Assembly: GCF_002113885.1 (NCBI RefSeq)
Contig: NW_018479869.1
Span: 22,321-83,639 of the forward strand
Reading direction: 5' to 3'
Origin: Mizuhopecten yessoensis
Lineage: Eukaryota
DNA length: 61,319 bases
The notes beneath the pieces were generated by a model. That model saw nothing but the letters and a program-made list of their open reading frames with translations, was not told the origin of the DNA and searched no databases. The first letter of the stretch is position 1, and every line of letters begins with the position of its first letter. Position numbers and translations under genes: made by a program. This document shows, in pieces, positions 39,068 through 49,900 of this stretch.

Positions 39068-40713
39068 TCATGATCGGAATAATTACAGTTGGAGCATCGC
39101 TATTATCTCATAAGATATTTCGAAAAATCCAAACCACGCATATCTTAAGAACTTATATCAGGAATGATCACTTAAGTTTAGTTATCATAGAACTGTTTAT
39201 TAAATGTATTATGGAACTTTCTAGATATCTTGGTCATTAACCAAGTCGTGTCCCGTAACGGATTAAGCAGAAATCGGGACAAAACAAGCCACACTATCTT
39301 GTTTTCTGAATAATTAAATATTTGAAATTCGTGATAAGTTTATTCATTCGGAAGCGAAAAATGGTTTGGAGTACTAGGATTTATTTCATGTTATTTGTGC
39401 GCTTGGTTTAATGACGTCATACATTATGTGACGGCTAAAGGAGGATGTGCCACGCGTTTAAAAGTGTGTAGCGGTACGATTTCTATCACTAGAGGGCGGT
39501 GGTGATGATTTACCCAGAATTCTGTGTGGCTTAAGAATGTGTTGTTGCTGTAAATGGATGAATGTGATTGGATGCTTGTATAAAGAAGACACAGTTACTG
39601 TTATTACGTACGCCTGTGTGTCATAGAATATGTAATACGCTCAATTTGTATTTATTCAAGCTCACGTCATTTATTTATATATCTACAATTGATTTGTTGA
39701 TTCATTTCATTTATTTGTCAAATACAGTGTTTAATGCTGATCACAAGATTTTTCCCTCGAGCTAAGTAGGTGTTTTTTTTATTGTACAAGGATTCGCTTA
39801 TTTCTGTCTGACATTTTTAGCGCACTCAAATTGTAGAGCTTTTCGAATTTCAATACATTAGCGCATTGGTGATTTTGCCCAACGCAACCACTAAAATATG
39901 AAAGTTGACAGTATATGAAGCTAGTAATTGCATTACTGGGATAACTCAACCCGGCATAGATTCACTACAGCCGATGATTGCGCTTTCAAGTTGTACGAAT
40001 ACAATGTATGTGTTCTGGCACGGAAAGCTAGGGTGTGCACGTAGGAGTGTGTATGTATATGTGTGTGTGTGTGTTTGTGCGTGTAATAGGGTGTGTAAAA
40101 TACATGTATGAATGTGTTCATGAAAAAGGTCATAGATATATCTATAACTTATTATCTACAATCTATATGAGTTACTGTATGATTCATTTTATTTGGTGTG
40201 AATTTGAAAGATGAATTAATGTGAGCCACAGACAACGGTTACCATAGTCACGTGACAGTGTTTCCATGGTCACGAAAAATGGATAGCATATACATTCAAT
40301 TGTTGTATTTGTTGTAAAATGTTCCGAGAATAAATTATTATAATATTTATACTAAAGCCACTCAGTGTTGAGTTACTCTCATTGTTTATTTATTTATTCG
40401 TTTATCTTTTTTCTGTTTCTCAACAAAACAAAGCGTTAACAAACAGGGGCACAATACATCGTTGATTCACCATTGTAACAGAATGCAATTTAACTCAGCT
40501 TAACTTAGCAATGACAAAGGAAACTATAGCAGCAACACGAGCAAACATTCATTTTAGCGGCAATCCAAAAGGGTAACTTACATGTAGTTCTTATATGTAC
40601 GAACAGACCACAGGAGCCGCAAAAACGCTTAAGGTAAATAACTCCACGATCTAAAATACGACGTTGGGGGTCTTTATCCTAGTCTTTCTTTCTTAACGAA
40701 ACCGTCGTGGAGC

Positions 40714-41844
40714 TAACAGTTAAATATAACACTTGTGACTTATGACGTTGTCTTTCGATCAGTACAAATGAAACGCAAATATATTAACGCCTGTAGTAAA
40801 TTTTATATCAGGCACAGATACATTTTATTTTGTCTTTTCTAAAATAGACATTTATCCGTTTTCTCAAGGTTCTAACAGCTCCCAATACATTAAAACAGGA
40901 AGTTTATATTGAAGCAAGTGTAATAAAGTGAGTGTGAGTACATACCAATCAGTCAGAATCCTACCCTACTACGAACAACTCCAGGACAGTGTAATAAAGT
41001 GAGTGTGAGTACATACCAATAAGTCAGAATCCTACCCTACTACAAACAACTCCAGACAGTATAATAAAGTGAGCGTGAGTACATACCAATCAGTCAGAAT
41101 CCTACCCTACTACAAACAACTCCAGGACAGTATAATAAAGTGAGTGTGAGTACATACCAATCAGTCAGAATCCTACCCTACTACAAACAACTCCAGACAG
41201 TATAATAAAGTGAGTGTGAGTACATACCAATCAGTTAGAATCCAACCCTACTACAAACAACTCCAGGACAATATAATAAAGTGAGTGTGAGTACATACCA
41301 GTCAGTTAGAATCCAACCCTACTACAAACAGCTCCAGACAGTATAATAAAGTGAGTGTGAGTACATACCTATCAGTAAGAATACAACCCTACTACAAACA
41401 ACTCCAGACAGTATAATAAAGTGAGTGTAAGTACATACCAATAATATAATAATCCTATAATATACGATATAAATCGTCTGTTGTAACTCATAACAGTTAA
41501 ATATAACACTTGTGACTTATGACGTTGTCTTTCGATCAGTACAAATGAAACGCAAATATATTAACGCCTGTAGTAAATTTTATATCAGGCACAGATACAT
41601 TTTATTTTGTCTTTTCTAAAATAGACATTTATCCGTTTTCTCAAGGTTCTAACAGCTCCCAATACATTAAAACAGGAAGTTTATATTGAAGCAAGTGTAA
41701 TAAAGTGAGTGTGAGTACATACCAATCAGTCAGAATCCTACCCTACTACAAACAACTCCAGACAGTATAATAAAGTGAGTGTAAGTACATACCAATAATA
41801 TAATAATACTATAATATACGATATAAATCGTCTGTTGTAACTCA
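40714..41844. repeat. Tandem duplication (~40714-41489 and ~41491-41844) containing a 70-71-bp sub-repeat (~7.5 versus ~1.5 copies)
   Basis: An identical ~200-bp block TAACAGTTAAATATAACACTTG...GAAGCAAGTG starts both copies; both end in AAATCGTCTGTTGTAACTCA. Confidence 0.9.
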
Positions 41845-43715
41845 GTTTGTGACAATATAAAGGGGGTTTATAGACACCTTTGCTTTTTCGCTGTATTCTA
41901 CATATCTCTCGGAACATTTAAGGCATGGGATTTCATTCTTATGACATTTTGTACTAATGATTATTCCCCATTGAACGAAATGGCCACATGGTGAAATACA
42001 CATTTACCATGTTAACTATAACAGGATTTAATAGGAAACGTGACGAGTGCCTGGAAATTACTTGCCTCTTTGTCCATATCATATAACAACTTAAATTTAA
42101 AATTCACTCCAGTGTATAATTTGTAAACCCCAGTTCAAGATGTTTCCAATGATTGTCGGCTGTAGCCTGTATGACCGCCTCAGGGAGATTGTTACATACA
42201 TCGACAGTTCTGTAGCCAAAGGAATGTTTCCTTATAACTAATTTACAATGTTTTTCCTGTATTTTTTGAGTATGCTCTCTTATTCAAGATGTTGAGTCTG
42301 GATCAAAGATGCCAGCTTTGGTACAAGCTTTCTGCATATACGAACAACATTTACAAATAGGTGTTCCATTCCTTTGTATTTCTAATGAGAAATGGTAACA
42401 GGTACATTGTACATGAAATTTGGGAATTACATTTAAAAAGGCATTTCATGAAGATGATTATGAATCAAAGTACTAACCGACTTATAAGCAGTGCCTTTCA
42501 TTGTGTGTTTTTAAAGAAGCAACTTTTGAAAATACGCGAGACACATTTATCACCAATAATCAGTAAATAGACAGTTAATTGGTGGACAAGGGAGTTACGT
42601 AGCTTTGCTGTGTTATCATTCATACAGTGCAATGGAGAGTGAAAACTGTCTTATACATTAAAATCCTCATAAAAACAACGGAAGGTATTTTTAAAGACGT
42701 AATCTAACGTAAAATCTTTACCTGGTCTCGATCTTACAGAGCAATACCTAGGGGTACGTACCCCCGGGTTGAGGTCGAAGTTCATCAGTAATATTATCCA
42801 AAAGATAAATACCTCAGGTTAGGAAGAACTTACGATAAAACTATGTTGCCCTGCTATATATGTATGCCTAGTGCTGTAATTTTTCATTTCTGAAATAACG
42901 GAAATCACAAACAAACAAGAAAATTGAATAATATTTTAACACACACGGCAATATATTCTAGATTCACATAGAATTCCATACACCCCATACAAACGACACT
43001 TGTGAAAGGAAAATACCAGAAAGAATGGAATGTACAAGAAGGCAACAGTGGCACGGGAAGCGACGAACTTTAGAAAAGCAGAGTGTTTTGAATAGTGGAC
43101 AGTGTACTTAGCGCCGTCTGTGTCAGAGAAGATCACTTCCACGATTTCGCATTAAATATATTCTAGTATGTTTCCCATTCGATTTCTGCCTACAGTTGTT
43201 CAAAGTTTGTATAGTTTGTATAGTTTAATGTTGTTTGTATAGTTTGTATAGTTTAGTATAGTTTGTATAGTTAAGTATAGTTTGTTTAGTTTAGTATAGT
43301 TTGTATAGTTTATATAGTTTAGTAAAGTTTGTATAGTGAAGAATAGTTTGTATAGTTAAGTATAATCTGTATAGTTAAGTATAGTTTGTATAGTTTGTAT
43401 AGTTTAGTATTGTTTGTATAGTTTAGTATAGTTTGTATAGTTTAGTATAGTTTAGTATAGTTTGTATAGTTTAGTATATTTTATTTGGTTTAGTATAGTT
43501 TGTATATTTTAGAATAGTTTGTGTAGTTTAGTATAGTTTGTATAGTTAAGTATAGTTTATTATAGTTTGTATGTTTAGTATAGTTTAGTATAGTATGTAT
43601 AGTTTAGTATAGTTTGTATAGTTTGTTAAGTTTGTATGGTTTAGTATAGTTTGTATTGTTTGCATGTTTAGTATAGTTTGTATGGTTTAGTATAGTTATG
43701 TAGTTTTTATGCTTA

Positions 43716-43896
43716 TGTGGTGTTTGTTGACGTTCTGTAAGCGTGCGAATGACTGTGAGTGAAGCATGTGAGTGACCTCGAATTGTTCATGCATGTGTTT
43801 TGTTCCAAGATAAAAAGTACCCAAGCTGAGATAGCTGTCCAGTGTTCTATATTTGTGAAGCGTATGTGTGCCGACTGTACTGGTACGAATACAACA
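43716..43896 (+). repeat. 5' LTR (181 bp)
   Basis: TGTGGTG...TACAACA; no differences from the 3' LTR seen by eye. Confidence 0.97.
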
Positions 43897-43897
43897 A

Positions 43898-43911
43898 TGG
43901 CGTCACGAGCA
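43898..43911 (+). promoter_or_regulatory. Primer-binding site, tRNA-Ser(CGA)-type
   Basis: TGGCGTCACGAGCA lies 1 nt after the LTR and is complementary to a tRNA 3' end ...CGUGACGCCA, as in metazoan tRNA-Ser(CGA) with a GUCACG acceptor stem. Confidence 0.75.
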
Positions 43912-44291
43912 TTCCCGAGTCTGTTCGCGGAGGTCATGGATACGCTAGAATCCGAGGAGAATTTCTAGTGGGATTAATACAAGAGACGTAGAATCCCGGG
44001 TAGAGGGTGCGCGCCATCTTTGATTGTCTTTTGTGTGATACACGTGTTTTGTGTTTCACGTTGTCCCAATGTTTATGTTTTGTGTTTAGAGTTGTATCCT
44101 GGGTAGAGGGAGCAATTTATTCACAAATTCATTCGATAGTTGACCCGTGTAGAAGGCCAACTACTGTCTGATACCCTTGCGTGTTTTTAAATAATAAAAC
44201 AAAAACCAAAAACGAAACAAACGGAAACGGAACGGTTATCTTAGGACAATAAAAAAATAAAATATTTAGACAACATTTTATTCGTGGTCAC

Positions 44292-44579
44292 GTTGGTTAG
44301 GTGCTCTGGTGGCGCTGTACCAATGGTAACTGATGTTTGATTAATTTAGTTTCAAGTGTATTCAGTGAGGTAGGTGTTCTGTTGACGCCAGGCTGCTCTG
44401 AATATCTATATATATATTTATTAATTTTTTTTTGCTCGCTGTGGTAGGTGTTCTGTTTGACGCTAACCCTCGAGTATTATTTATATTAAAACCACAGCTA
44501 GGGTGTCGGTTGTTTTTCTCTTACTGTTCTAATATGCAGTGTGGTGGGTGGTAATTACCGCTACCCCTGTTTAATAGAA
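44292..44579 (+). other. Four related RNA stem-loops in the Gypsy leader (44292-44324, 44359-44404, 44434-44475, 44527-44579)
   Basis: GGTGC-TCTGGTG-GCGCT, GGTGT-TCTGTTG-ACGCC, GGTGT-TCTGTTTG-ACGCT and GGTGGT-AATT-ACCGCT, each on a different complementary basal stem. Confidence 0.7.
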
Positions 44580-44653
44580 ATAAATTTTGTAAAAGGATTT
44601 GGGTATATTTTTTTTTTTTTTTTCTCTTGTTGTTTCTGTGTTAACAGATCTAG

Positions 44654-45448
44654 ATGAACAAGCGGTATGCAGGGGTACTGATCGCAGATTCAAGAGCAAA
44701 TAATTTTCAAAGATTTGGTCATCCAGAGGATTTCAACATCAAATTTATAATTCAGAGAGGCGCACAAATTCAGGACCTGGTGGCATTATCAATTCCAATC
44801 GTTCGGACATTTGAACCATCAAAAACTTTAATAATAAAAGTTGCTGCTGGCATTAATGATTTGTTAAAATTGGAACGGGAGCCAGATGGGAAAATTCTAG
44901 TACCGTCAGACAGGTCACCGGACAATATTATTGAAGAACTTTCAGAATTTAGAACACGTGTACAGGTAGTTAGACCATCAAGCCGAGTTAGTTTCATCAC
45001 CATCCCTCCTGCTTCGTTAAAAGACTTTCAACTTAATAAATCCTCCAAACCAATTAACCAAAATCTGGTAACAAAATTACAAGAACAACACAATAAAACT
45101 GTGTTGGAGGTAAATTCTAGAATTCACCATTTAAATAACCAGACAGTGCCAACGGGTTGGACAGTTAAGTGGGCAGATACCATTGTTCACAAACACAAGA
45201 AAAGGAGAGGCCGTGCACGGAAAGTGATTACCGCTTACCGGTATTCCTTTGAACAGTATTACGATGGCTTACATGCCAAATCTGATGTAAAGAAAGAGTG
45301 GTACAAACAGGTGGTTTCTGGAATTCGAGGGGATATTACCAAATTGGAAAAACCAGGAAGTGAGATTCGAATTGTCACCACAGAATCTTCAGAAGAGGAC
45401 ACTCCGGTAGACACTGACGATAAAAGTTGGAAGAGACTTAAACGGTAA
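44654..45448 (+). CDS. SGNH/GDSL hydrolase-fold protein (264 aa) encoded inside the Gypsy element upstream of gag
   Basis: Blocks in the correct order and spacing: I LIADSR (Ser), II QRGA (Gly), III AAGINDL (Asn), V YYDGLH (Asp/His); uninterrupted ORF. Confidence 0.85.
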   Translation: MNKRYAGVLIADSRANNFQRFGHPEDFNIKFIIQRGAQIQDLVALSIPIVRTFEPSKTLIIKVAAGINDLLKLEREPDGKILVPSDRSPDNIIEELSEFRTRVQVVRPSSRVSFITIPPASLKDFQLNKSSKPINQNLVTKLQEQHNKTVLEVNSRIHHLNNQTVPTGWTVKWADTIVHKHKKRRGRARKVITAYRYSFEQYYDGLHAKSDVKKEWYKQVVSGIRGDITKLEKPGSEIRIVTTESSEEDTPVDTDDKSWKRLKR

Positions 45449-45454
45449 TTGTAA

Positions 45455-45568
45455 TACGGCAGCGGGTTGGTGATCTGTTGTCGCCTTATCCCCTGCACCG
45501 TAGAACTCTTAAACGATAAGTTGAGGTTGTGGGTTGGTGATCTGTTGTCGCCTTATCCCCTGCCACAA
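45455..45568 (+). other. 33-bp direct repeat (45464-45496, 45531-45563) forming two stem-loops between the SGNH ORF and gag
   Basis: GGGTTGGTGA-TCTGTTG-TCGCCTTATCCCCTGC occurs twice; basal stems TACGG/CCGTA and TTGTGG/CCACAA. Confidence 0.8.
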
Positions 45569-46971
45569 TGACTCGTATAAATTACTGTGAGAGACAAGAC
45601 CTACTACTATTGCCGGGTATTGGAGAGCGTCTGGCGGACAAAATTCTACAAGTCCGTGAAGTAATGGGGGACATTACTAAAGAGGTTCTGTTGGCCATTC
45701 CATACCTGAGGCCCACAGAGACCATGTTAAACCAAATAGACTTTACACCGCGATATGAACGGTTTACTGACATGGGTGAGAACTTGACGGGTGAGCATCA
45801 CACCTACAAAATGGACCCACCACCAAAGGTTCAACATCCTTCACCACCACGACTACAAGTTCAAAATCCAGGACCGTATTTTGACAATTATGGGTATCCT
45901 GGCAGCCGCCAGAGAGAACATCGACAGCAGTACCAGTACACTAATTACCGAGACCCATACGAACAGGAATACCACGGTCAGCCCCGTCAACCACAGTTCA
46001 ACTTTCCACCTCCAAGGTACAATCCGGGGAATCCGCCGCCAAGACGTGGACGGGTGGTAGCTCCCAAGACGTTACGCTATGATGGAAACTCCGATTGGAA
46101 AGCTTTTTGCACAAAGTTTACTAGATTCACTGAGGCGGAGAATCTTACTGCTCGTGAATGTCGGGATAACCTTTGCTGGATACTGGAGGGCAAAGCTAGT
46201 GAGTTTTTCACTATGCTCTTGGATCGTGATTCAACGATGGAATTTTTCGATATCATGTCAAAAATGGAACGCCGTTTTGGATTCAAGGAGCTGGCCGAGA
46301 CTACCCAAGCACGCCTTCGTAACGCCCGACAGTACCCTGACGAGAAGCTAGCAGATTGGGCTGATCGGGTGTTATCTTTAGCTACCAGAGCCTATCAGGA
46401 TCTGCCCGATGAGTTTATGTATAAACAAGCGATCTCCACAATTTGCCAGGGAGCAGCAGATAAAGAAGCAGGCCAATATGTTTCTAACCTAAGATTGGGA
46501 TCTATTGAGGAAGTGGTGGACAAGATGAGACTTTTTCAACATACAAGAAAGTCTATCTATGGTCGCGACCGTCCTAGACCTTCGCCTGTCGAAGAACTAA
46601 TCATACAAGAGGAAGAAGGTACTAGTGTCAGCAGGACATTCCAGCGTAGAGTCCCAAATTCTCAGTCCTCATTCCAGCCATCTTCAGCAACAAACCAAAG
46701 GCTGTCAGCCCTAGAAGACAAGGTATCGGACATGCAAAAATCCCTTAAACAAATTTTGGAGGCTGTTCGTGTCCCAGAGGAAAGGATCAAAAGGAATGTG
46801 GTTTGTTATGGTTGTGGCCAGACAGGCCATTTTAAGTCGAACTGTCCTAATGCTGAAGATAATAAATCTGTGAAACTCCTGGATGCGGCTGAAAAGACTG
46901 AAGGTGAAGAAGTAGTCCCTGGATCTGAAGAAGTTGAGGACTCGTTAAACACCGACAGGTCGGCCAACTAG
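45568..46971 (+). CDS. gag: Gag (467 aa) with an N-terminal helix-hairpin-helix motif and a C-terminal CCHC zinc knuckle
   Basis: INYCERQDLLLLPGIGERLADKILQVR (ComEA-type HhH); capsid-like YDGNSDWKAF...LEGKASEF...RQYPDEKLADW; CYGCGQTGHFKSNC. Confidence 0.92.
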   Translation: MTRINYCERQDLLLLPGIGERLADKILQVREVMGDITKEVLLAIPYLRPTETMLNQIDFTPRYERFTDMGENLTGEHHTYKMDPPPKVQHPSPPRLQVQNPGPYFDNYGYPGSRQREHRQQYQYTNYRDPYEQEYHGQPRQPQFNFPPPRYNPGNPPPRRGRVVAPKTLRYDGNSDWKAFCTKFTRFTEAENLTARECRDNLCWILEGKASEFFTMLLDRDSTMEFFDIMSKMERRFGFKELAETTQARLRNARQYPDEKLADWADRVLSLATRAYQDLPDEFMYKQAISTICQGAADKEAGQYVSNLRLGSIEEVVDKMRLFQHTRKSIYGRDRPRPSPVEELIIQEEEGTSVSRTFQRRVPNSQSSFQPSSATNQRLSALEDKVSDMQKSLKQILEAVRVPEERIKRNVVCYGCGQTGHFKSNCPNAEDNKSVKLLDAAEKTEGEEVVPGSEEVEDSLNTDRSAN

Positions 46972-49900
46972 ACCTAAGCCCGACCTTAGATGTTAAAAAT
47001 GGTCTTCATCCTACACGGTCAACAATTACACCAGATGACCTTATCAGTGAGGTAATGACTGATAACACCACCGAATCAACCCGTGTTGAACTTGATAATA
47101 TTACCCGATTACGGTCAACATCCATGTTTCAAGTGCCTGTTATCGTGGGAGGTTTTCATACAAGAGCAGTGGTGGATACCGGTGCTGAAGTATCAATCAT
47201 ATCGGATGAGGTATACAAAAACCTTGTTGAGCCACCCTCGATATTGAAACATGTGACACTTAATGCAGCAGGCAGAGATCAACCAATTGAGAGCTATATT
47301 GTTGGACCCATCGAACTAGATATAGGATCTAAGAGTTACAAGGTTAGCATTTATGTTGGACCAATTGAAGATGATATCTTGCTGGGTCTGGACTTTCTGA
47401 AGCCCAATAATGCTCAACTTGACATTTCAGGGGATACTCTTACCCTGGGTATTGGTGGAGAGAAAATTTCAGTGAACACAGGAAAAGAATTTTTACCTGC
47501 TTCCGAAGGCAAGGTATATGTACAGAAACGGACTGTAGTACCACCGAACAGTGTAGCAAGAGTGTGTTGTCGAATTTCCGGAAAGGTAGGCAGTTCTAGT
47601 CTAATTGTGGAGCCTACAGTAGAAAATGGACTACTAATTCCGAGATCATTGTATGACACAGCCTCGCAGATCAGGTTGTACTGTGTGAATGTCACGGACA
47701 GAAATATAATTCTGAAAAGGAAAACGGAAATTGCGATAGTCAATGAGGCAAGAGAAATTATTGCGAATGTTGAAAGTCATGCGGATCCCATATTTGTGGA
47801 GACATTACGCTGTGGCGAGGAAACACCGGACATTGCGCCTTCGCATGTACAGAGTCTCATTGATGGCGCGAAAGAACAGTTGTCGGTTGAGGAGTTAAGT
47901 CAATTTGCTCAACTTATTAAGGATAATTCCGATGTTTTTGCGAAAAATGACTTTGACCTGGGACATTTTAGTGCTATCAAACACAATATTGATACAGGTA
48001 CGGCACGGCCGATAAAGCAACGTTTTCGCAGAACGCCAGCATGTTTTGCCAACGAAGAGGATTTGCATCTAAAGAAGATGCTAGATTCTGGAGTTATCGA
48101 ATCCTCTACATCCGAGTGGGCGTCAGCACCAGTGCTGATCCGTAAACGTGACGGCGGAGTGCGCTGGTGCATAGATTATCGGGGACTGAACTCGGTAACT
48201 ACTAAAGACGTGTTTCCATTACCGTTAATAGAAGAATGCCTCGACGCATTGACCGATAACGTGTGGTTTTCGAAACTAGATGCCAACTCGGCTTATTGGC
48301 AAGTCCTTGTCAATGAATCGGACAGACATAAGACTGCCTTCAGTACAAAACACGGATTGTTTCAGTTTGTCAAAATGGGATTCGGACTTTGTAACGCCCC
48401 AGCAACTTATGCCAGAGTAATGAACCTGGTTCTTCGTGGATTAACATGGAACATTGTTCTTGCCTTCCTGGACGATGTGTTGGTTCTTGGGAAGACCTTC
48501 GATGAGCATCTCCAAAATCTAGCAGAAGTCTTTGAGCGCATCAGGGCGTATCAACTGAAACTCAAACCCGCTAAGTGCGAATTCTTTAAAAAGAAGGTTG
48601 ACTTCTTAGGGCGAACAGTTAGTGAAAGTGGCATTGAAACCAGTGGCAAACACATCGAAAAGATGAAGGAGTGGCCAACACCAACATCATCTAAGGATGT
48701 TGAGCAATTCTTGGGGTTTGCCAACTACCATCGCTCATTTATTCCCGAATATGCCAAAATTGCAGCTCCTCTGTACCAATTGACAGGAAAGAATGACTTT
48801 CGGTGGGATGAGGAACAGGAAAAAGCATTTTCCAGCTTAAAATCTTCCCTGAGTTCTCCACCTGTTTTGGGAATACCGAATAACAGCGATATGTTTGTGC
48901 TCGACACAGACGCATCTGACTTTGCTATTGGTGGTGAGTTGTGCCAAATTCAAGAAGGCAAGGAAAGAACAATAGCTTATGCTAGTTATTCCCTGACATC
49001 AGAACAGCGTCGCTATTGTACAACAAGAAAAGAACTTTTGGCAGTAGTTCGCTTTACCAGACAGTTTCGCCATTATCTGCTTGGTCGCAAGTTTGTGGTG
49101 AGAACTGATCACAACAGTTTGGTTTGGTTGCTCAACTTCAAAAATCCCCAAGGACAACTGGCGAGATGGCTTGAAGAGTTAAGCCAGTATGATCTAACTA
49201 TTGTACACCGAAAAGGAAAAGACCATCAAAATGCTGACAGTCTCTCCCGGAGTCTACCAAAAGACCAGTGCGGAAACTTGAAACATGGGCAAGATCCTAC
49301 CACGTTACCATGCGGAGGATGTGCCTATTGTACTCGGGCTCATGAACATTGGCATCAGTTTATCTCTGATGTGGACGAGGCGGTCTCTCTAAGTAACATA
49401 CCCTGCGTACAAAAAGTAACCCAGTCTGACAATACTTTCGCCGTGGAAGGAAGTCTATATAGCGAGAATTTGACCATAGAAGTGTCTGCTTTTGGAATAA
49501 ATATCCTCACTAGATCTGAAAGGAGTGATATTGAAGACATGAACGTCAACGCCTTGGATATTCAATTCTCGGGTTACTCGGCAAAGGAAATCCGGACTGC
49601 TCAGGAGCAAGATCCAGAGTTATCTATACTGCTAGAGTGGGTAAAGAATAAGAAAGAGGTGGACGAAGGAGAACTGTTTGGATCCAGTAGAGCCATAAAG
49701 TATTACTGGATTAACCGTGAGTTATACTTCCTGGATGAGTCTGGTATATTGTGGAGGAAGGATCTAGAAGACACTAGCAAAACTCAATCCTTGGTTATAC
49801 CTCCCAGTATGAGAGAAGACGCTATTTCTTTGTGCCATGACATCCCGGCTAGCGCTCATCAGGGAATCAACCGAACAGAATCCATGGTTCGCCAGAGGTT

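Noticed and set aside
43759-43968. 69-aa ORF spanning the LTR and PBS
   Set aside because: It starts at GTG inside the LTR and has no motif; only the 23-codon ATG uORF is noted as possibly regulatory.
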